Source of the DNA: Fervidicoccaceae archaeon
GTDB lineage: Archaea; Thermoproteota; Thermoprotei_A; Sulfolobales; Fervidicoccaceae
Direction of reading: 5' to 3'
Length of the DNA stretch: 64,000 nucleotides
NCBI GenBank assembly: GCA_038734945.1
Contig: JAVYOA010000003.1
Coordinates: 1-64,000, forward strand
A program made the position numbers and the translations under genes. Shown one piece after another: positions 59,075 to 64,000 of the stretch (positions within the stretch are counted from its first letter, which is position 1; each line of letters opens with the position of its first letter). Under the pieces are notes generated by a model. The model made no database searches. It had not been told where the DNA came from and saw nothing but the letters and a program-made list of their open reading frames with translations.

Positions 59075-60382
59075 CTATGGAGAGAAGCCCAAGAAGTATT
59101 GAAGTATTGAGCTCTGCAGGGGAGAGAGCAATATTGATAAGAGAAAGAAGAGCAGAATTAATAGACCCATAGCATCAGTTCCTATCCTTTCACTTTCAGC
59201 TGCCCCCTCGGCATATGTGTATATAATTTTAAAGGCATATCCAGTGGACAGCACGATGGCTGTGAAGTATACTATAGCTAATATGTTCCATGGAGTCCCT
59301 GCTGAAAATGTGCCCAAGAATATGTAGAGTTCACTCCAGAAGCTCAGGAATGGTGGTAGACCAAGAAGGGCTAGAGCGCTTCCTATCACTACGAATTTAT
59401 AGCTACCTCCAAGTCTTGAGAGGCTGTTGACTTCGCTTGTTTTGAGCCTGCTCAGGAGTGCAAAGGATATCAGAAGCAGTGAGGCCTTGGGAATTTCATG
59501 TGCGATCATCTGCAGAATAGAGTAGCTCCTGGCTAAAGTAGTTCCTGCAGATAGACCTAGAACTATGTATCCTATCTGAGAGAGAGTGCTGTAGGAAAGA
59601 AGTTTTCTCAGGTCACCCTGCACTATAGAGGAGAGAGAGCCAACGAGGGATCCTATTAGGGCTAAGGAGGATATAACAAGAGCTGTCGCAGGACTCATAG
59701 AAGCTATGGTTCCAACAATGTAGGATGTCGCTGGCAAGATTGAGGATACCTCAACTGCGAGGAGAAGGGGGTGCATGCCAACGTACACGCTTGGAAGCCA
59801 CACATACATTGGAAAGAGAGCAATTTCAGCTCCAAAGCCTATAGCCATGAGAGCTTTGGAGAGAGAAGCTGCGCCGAGGAGAAGTTCTGGAAAAGCAAGA
59901 GATCCTGTCTCTGAAATAGCTAAAATTAGGCCAAACAGTCCTACTATCGAGCTGGGTAAACAGATAATAGCATATTTTAATGCAGCCTCATAGCCATCAT
60001 TGCTCCTATAAAGTGCGAGGCTTCCTATCATGACCATTGCTATTATTTCCCAGTAGATGAATAATCTGAGGGCACTGTCTGTTATCAAAAGGAGTATGGA
60101 TGTGCCAACGAAGTAAACTCCTAGCATTGAAAACATTGCCCTTCTCTCTACCCTATATAGCTCTGCTATGAGAAGCGATACTATTAGTGTCAGTACTCCC
60201 ATTGAACCAATTAGACCAGCCACGCCTCTAGCATTGAAGCATAGATATGCCATAGCTATTCCTGTAGCTATGGACAGCACATTTACGATTAGGTCCTTCA
60301 AGTACCTTGCTATGACGTGTATTGAATATGAGAGAATAGTATAAGCAAGTAGTAGCACGGCAATCTGAGACTCCAAATTCAT
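59075..60382 (-). CDS. Mrp-type antiporter-like membrane subunit (NuoM/N, MrpD-like)
   Basis: FIYWEI, EAALKY, FPMYVWLP, DLRKLLSYSTLSQIGY, GLPPFLSFWSE. Confidence 0.85.
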   Translation of the reverse strand: MNLESQIAVLLLAYTILSYSIHVIARYLKDLIVNVLSIATGIAMAYLCFNARGVAGLIGSMGVLTLIVSLLIAELYRVERRAMFSMLGVYFVGTSILLLITDSALRLFIYWEIIAMVMIGSLALYRSNDGYEAALKYAIICLPSSIVGLFGLILAISETGSLAFPELLLGAASLSKALMAIGFGAEIALFPMYVWLPSVYVGMHPLLLAVEVSSILPATSYIVGTIASMSPATALVISSLALIGSLVGSLSSIVQGDLRKLLSYSTLSQIGYIVLGLSAGTTLARSYSILQMIAHEIPKASLLLISFALLSRLKTSEVNSLSRLGGSYKFVVIGSALALLGLPPFLSFWSELYIFLGTFSAGTPWNILAIVYFTAIVLSTGYAFKIIYTYAEGAAESERIGTDAMGLLILLFFLLSILLSPLQSSILQYFLGFSP

Positions 60383-62061
60383 GGAGCAAACACCACCAGA
60401 GCAATTATTATGAGAACCACTATTGCTATCATTCCTCTCAGCCCCTGAGAAGCTTTCCCACTGTTCAGTTTGGAAGCTGCCATTGATATGTATCGGTAAA
60501 AAACCTCTCCGATCCTATTATATGCAATATCAATTCCAAATGAGGACTCAATGCTCTTTCTCATGATGTTGCTTATGCTCACATTTGTCCTAGGTATGAA
60601 GAATGCGCAGAGTATTCCAAGCAGAACTCCAAGGAATGGAAGTGTCTCTATCTCTAGCTTGAGGCCGCTTCCTCCTAAATACCTAGAGATGATTATAGTT
60701 GGGACAATTGCTATTAGAGTCATCGCGAGAAGGAATAAATTCACGCCTGTCATCAGAGGTGTTCTCTCTTTATCATGAGCTCCTTCATTGCTAGTTCTTC
60801 CGAGAAAGGACAAAACGAATGGCCTCATTATGAAAATGGCCATCAGGAAGGACATAGTTCCAGCTATCAGATAATATTCCAGAAGGGAAAAGTGGGGAAT
60901 CATCCCGACAAACAGCTCTTCCTTCACAATTCCAGCAGATAGAGGAGGAAGACCTGCAGCGCTTAGAGCCCCTATTAAGAATCCAGCTGTCTCAATTTTG
61001 AATCCCTTTCCCCAAAGTCCCTTCAGCCTCGAGATATCCCTTGTGTGGAGGGAGTGCTCTACTCTTCCACTCACAAGGAATAAAAGTGCCTTGAAGAGAG
61101 CATGATTGAAGAGGTATAGTAGGGCAACGTAGAACTCCCCAAGACATATTGCTATGAACATGAGTGAGAGGGAACTAAGTGTGCTGAAGGCCAGGACTCT
61201 CTTTATATCCATTGAAACCAAGCCAGCTAGCGAAGAGAGGTAAAGAGTAATTATAGATACTGCTAGAAGAAAAGCAACAGCTGCTTGATTTCCAAGGAAA
61301 ATTGGATAGAATCTTAGCATGAGATATACTCCAGCTTTAACCATTGTGGCAGCATGGAGCAGTGCGCTTACTGTGGTGGGCCCTTCCATAGCATCGGGAA
61401 GCCATGTGTGCAGCGGAAATTGAGCGGACTTCCCCATTGCCGCGAGAACCAGGAGTGGTAAAAAGGGAATAAGTTTCAATGAAAGCTGCTGAGAGGACAG
61501 AATCGCTGGAATGCTGGATTCTCCGTAATATAGAGCAATAGAGGCAAATGCCATTAAACCAACGTCTCCAATTCTGGTCATGATCAGGGCCTTCATTCCA
61601 GCCCTCCTGGCTTCTTTCCTTTCCCACCAATACGCTATTAAAAGCGCACTGCACACTCCAACAAGCTCCCAATTGAGGAGTAGATATATTATGTCGGAGG
61701 CTAGAACTAAGTTCAGCATTGCTCCAACGAAGAGAGAAATCAGAGAATAATACCTTGTAAAGTCCTTAGCATTCTTCATATAGTCAACACTGTAGATAGC
61801 GACTGCACTTCCAATGAGGCTCACAACAAGGGAGAAGAAGGCGGATAGCCTATCTAGATATAGCGATATATGTGGAAGAAATTGTATCTCTATTGGAAGA
61901 TATGGCAGAGATATTAAATACATTGATATTGCTAGAGAAAGAATTGCTGAGGCAATTGCAAGCAGCTCAGCAATTGCTCTCCTTCTGAAAAGAAGGATAA
62001 GAGCAGAGGCTACAAAGCTGTTGAGGGAGAGGATTGCGAGAAGATTTGTTGTGGTTTCCAC
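60379..62061 (-). CDS. NuoL/MrpA-like antiporter subunit
   Basis: WELVG..S..LI, KSAQFPLHTWLPDAMEGPTTVSALLHAATMVKAG, HALFKALLFL. Confidence 0.9.
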   Translation of the reverse strand: METTTNLLAILSLNSFVASALILLFRRRAIAELLAIASAILSLAISMYLISLPYLPIEIQFLPHISLYLDRLSAFFSLVVSLIGSAVAIYSVDYMKNAKDFTRYYSLISLFVGAMLNLVLASDIIYLLLNWELVGVCSALLIAYWWERKEARRAGMKALIMTRIGDVGLMAFASIALYYGESSIPAILSSQQLSLKLIPFLPLLVLAAMGKSAQFPLHTWLPDAMEGPTTVSALLHAATMVKAGVYLMLRFYPIFLGNQAAVAFLLAVSIITLYLSSLAGLVSMDIKRVLAFSTLSSLSLMFIAICLGEFYVALLYLFNHALFKALLFLVSGRVEHSLHTRDISRLKGLWGKGFKIETAGFLIGALSAAGLPPLSAGIVKEELFVGMIPHFSLLEYYLIAGTMSFLMAIFIMRPFVLSFLGRTSNEGAHDKERTPLMTGVNLFLLAMTLIAIVPTIIISRYLGGSGLKLEIETLPFLGVLLGILCAFFIPRTNVSISNIMRKSIESSFGIDIAYNRIGEVFYRYISMAASKLNSGKASQGLRGMIAIVVLIIIALVVFAP

Positions 62062-62068
62062 TTTTTCA

Positions 62069-62350
62069 TCACCCCGAGTGCTCTCTCAGTTCATCGAAAT
62101 CCTCAACCTTCCTGCTCTTAGAAAGGGATATGAGAAAGGATATGAGAACAGCTTCCGAAATTCCAGAAATGCTTGCTATTAGAACTATGGCAAATGAAGA
62201 TGGACATATGGAGGAAATAAGATAAACTGCTCCAATTGATGCTGAAAAGATTCCCAATATGAACCTAAAGAGGCTTCTATAGGTTAGAATAGCAGCTATG
62301 CCCGCACTTATGAGGAGAGAAGATAAAATTGCTGTCAATACTGGTATCAT
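62069..62350 (-). CDS. NuoK/MrpC-like small membrane subunit
   Basis: Three TM segments, ISEAV, operon position. Confidence 0.7.
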   Translation of the reverse strand: MIPVLTAILSSLLISAGIAAILTYRSLFRFILGIFSASIGAVYLISSICPSSFAIVLIASISGISEAVLISFLISLSKSRKVEDFDELREHSG

Positions 62351-62814
62351 TTTCTAGCACCTCCAAGCAAAATTATGATTATTCCTATGGCTATCACTAG
62401 AGCAGTAGCAAGGGAAGTTATGTCTAGATAGCTTATCGGGAGAGTGGGGGAAAGAATGCATGAACCCCCTCTAGGACCCGCTATTTTAATTGCTGTTGAA
62501 AAGAGAACAGAAACTAGGGCAGGTATAACTATCAGCTTCAATAGCTTGCCCGATGAGGCTATTACTGCTTCTTTTTTGCTGAGAAGAATGGTTGAGACAT
62601 ATGTGAGAGCAGTTAGTCCGCCGCTGTAAATGAGAACGACTGCTAATCCTGCCTTAGGATCCACTTCAGCAGCTATGGAGAGACCTATGAGCAGAGAGCC
62701 AAAAAGGATAGATACTATGCTGAGAGACCACTTCTCTGTAATCAATGAAAATATGATGACAGCGCTCCCTAGTATGGCCAGGGCTGAAGCGATAATGTCC
62801 ATCTTTCCCACCAC
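62347..62814 (-). CDS. NuoJ-like membrane subunit
   Basis: VLIYSGGL motif, five hydrophobic segments, operon position. Confidence 0.7.
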   Translation of the reverse strand: MVGKMDIIASALAILGSAVIIFSLITEKWSLSIVSILFGSLLIGLSIAAEVDPKAGLAVVLIYSGGLTALTYVSTILLSKKEAVIASSGKLLKLIVIPALVSVLFSTAIKIAGPRGGSCILSPTLPISYLDITSLATALVIAIGIIIILLGGARK

Positions 62815-63171
62815 TCATTTTATTATGATTATTGGATCCACATTCTTCCTCATCTCTATGGCATTCTGCCTGCACACCTGGGCGCATAGACCACAATAGA
62901 TGCACTTTGAATAATCGAAGCTTGGATTCTTGATTTCAACCTGTCTATTGCCAAGCATTCTCTTTCCTCCAGGTATCATGGTTATTGCCTGAGCTGGACA
63001 GGATAATGCGCAGAGAGAACAACCAATGCACTTATCTGCTATCAGGACTGGTATGCCTCTTGAAACTTCTGTGAATGCTCTTTCAGTATCTTCTGATGGA
63101 AAAGTCTCCGGTCTTGAAAAAAAGCTCTCTATAGCTTCAAACACTGTCTTCACGCTTTTTTTCGCTACCAT
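62815..63171 (-). CDS. NuoI-like 2x[4Fe-4S] ferredoxin subunit
   Basis: CIGCSLCALSCP and CIYCGLCAQVC. Confidence 0.9.
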   Translation of the reverse strand: MVAKKSVKTVFEAIESFFSRPETFPSEDTERAFTEVSRGIPVLIADKCIGCSLCALSCPAQAITMIPGGKRMLGNRQVEIKNPSFDYSKCIYCGLCAQVCRQNAIEMRKNVDPIIIIK

Positions 63172-64000
63172 AATCCCATCCTCCAGCTTGTTATTATTAG
63201 CGCCTGTATCACGAGCATTGATGCTAATGGAAGAGCAAGCCTCATGGGAAGGAGCATGCTCCTCACTCTCACAGCTACTCCCTCAATGAATGCTAGAAGT
63301 ATAATTAGTGCGATAGACTTGAGAAGGAAGTATATTGGCCAAAGAATTGGTAAGCTTGAAACAAGGGGACCATAGCCTCCGCCAAGGAATAGGGACACTA
63401 TAAGAAAAATGCTGAGGGTAAAGTCCATGTCGCCAGAGAGTCTTATGTAAGCCAGAGTCCTGCCTGAAAGCTCACTCATCCAACCTGCTGCAATTTCCTG
63501 CTTGGCGTGAGGCAAATCGAATGGAGGCTTCTCTAGCTTTGCAAGCAAGGAGATAACTGCTACAGCAAAACCTATAGGCTGATAAACAATGATAGGAACA
63601 TTCTGTACCTGGTACTGAACGATCTCACTAATCGTAGCTGATCCTACCTGCAAAAATATGATTGCAAAGCAAGACAAGAAGATCAGCTCATAGAGAGAGT
63701 ACTGCACTATTAACCTGCTTGTACCCACTAGTGTGAAGGGAGTCTTTATGGACATTCCCGCCATGAGATAGGAAAAAGATGTCAAGGCAAATATAACTAA
63801 TATGACCAACAGATCTCCGTTGAAGCTGAGAATAGAGCTCTTGGAAAAAAATGGTATGTGGAGAAAACCGTAGGTGAGAAGTGTAACTCCCACGAGTGGA
63901 GAGAGCCTGTACAGGAGTATATCTGTTCCCTCTGAAATTATCTCCCTCTTTCCCAATAGCTTCAGGAAATCAGCTACAGGCTGCAGGATGCCTCCAGGTC
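63165..64000 (-). CDS. NuoH-like membrane subunit (5' end outside the window)
   Basis: The frame stays open to the window edge (PGGILQPVADFLKLLGKRE); PPFDLPHAKQEIAAGWMSELSG. Confidence 0.9.
   Translation of the reverse strand, partial: PGGILQPVADFLKLLGKREIISEGTDILLYRLSPLVGVTLLTYGFLHIPFFSKSSILSFNGDLLVILVIFALTSFSYLMAGMSIKTPFTLVGTSRLIVQYSLYELIFLSCFAIIFLQVGSATISEIVQYQVQNVPIIVYQPIGFAVAVISLLAKLEKPPFDLPHAKQEIAAGWMSELSGRTLAYIRLSGDMDFTLSIFLIVSLFLGGGYGPLVSSLPILWPIYFLLKSIALIILLAFIEGVAVRVRSMLLPMRLALPLASMLVIQALIITSWRMGLW

Noticed and set aside
1..64000. CRISPR arrays, IS elements, proviruses, and the many short antisense ORFs in the track
   Set aside because: No regularly spaced repeats, transposases, integrases or capsid genes were seen by eye. 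The short ORFs lie opposite or inside well-supported genes and have no motifs.

Overview
64 kb of gene-dense, AT-rich archaeal chromosome. The gene set (TFB, aRF1 with NIKL/GGQ, Pelota, topo VI A/B, proteasome alpha, RtcB, deoxyhypusine synthase, Nre) and GGTG-type ribosome-binding sites point to a thermophilic Thermoproteota (crenarchaeote). A Desulfurococcales/Fervidicoccales-like organism is an inference only. Most of the window is housekeeping, transport (peptide, tungstate, sugar, iron-type ABC, NCS1, APC), cofactor metabolism (class II RNR, ThyX, PanB/PanE, SufS) and the distal part of a complex-I-like/group 4 hydrogenase operon with hypA. No CRISPR array, transposase or integrase was seen. 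The main discovery is in the non-coding DNA. A promoter-bearing orphan 5' half of tRNA-Gln(UUG) (24325-24362, minus) stops at position 37 and is followed by a 20-nt pyrimidine-rich trailer and a T-run, the architecture of a trans-spliced split tRNA. About 5 kb away, divergent from rtcB, a box C/D sRNA (19008-19076, plus) carries a guide that points at U34 of tRNA-Gln(UUG) and pairs fully only across the predicted splice junction. Secondary findings are a second structured C/D-like RNA, two probable non-canonical start codons (CTG for pelota; ATA for an unannotated zinc-ribbon microprotein), a catalytically degenerate TtuA/Ncs6 paralog, and a GT2 synthase plus polysaccharide deacetylase pair. 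All calls come from reading the sequence; no database search was run.
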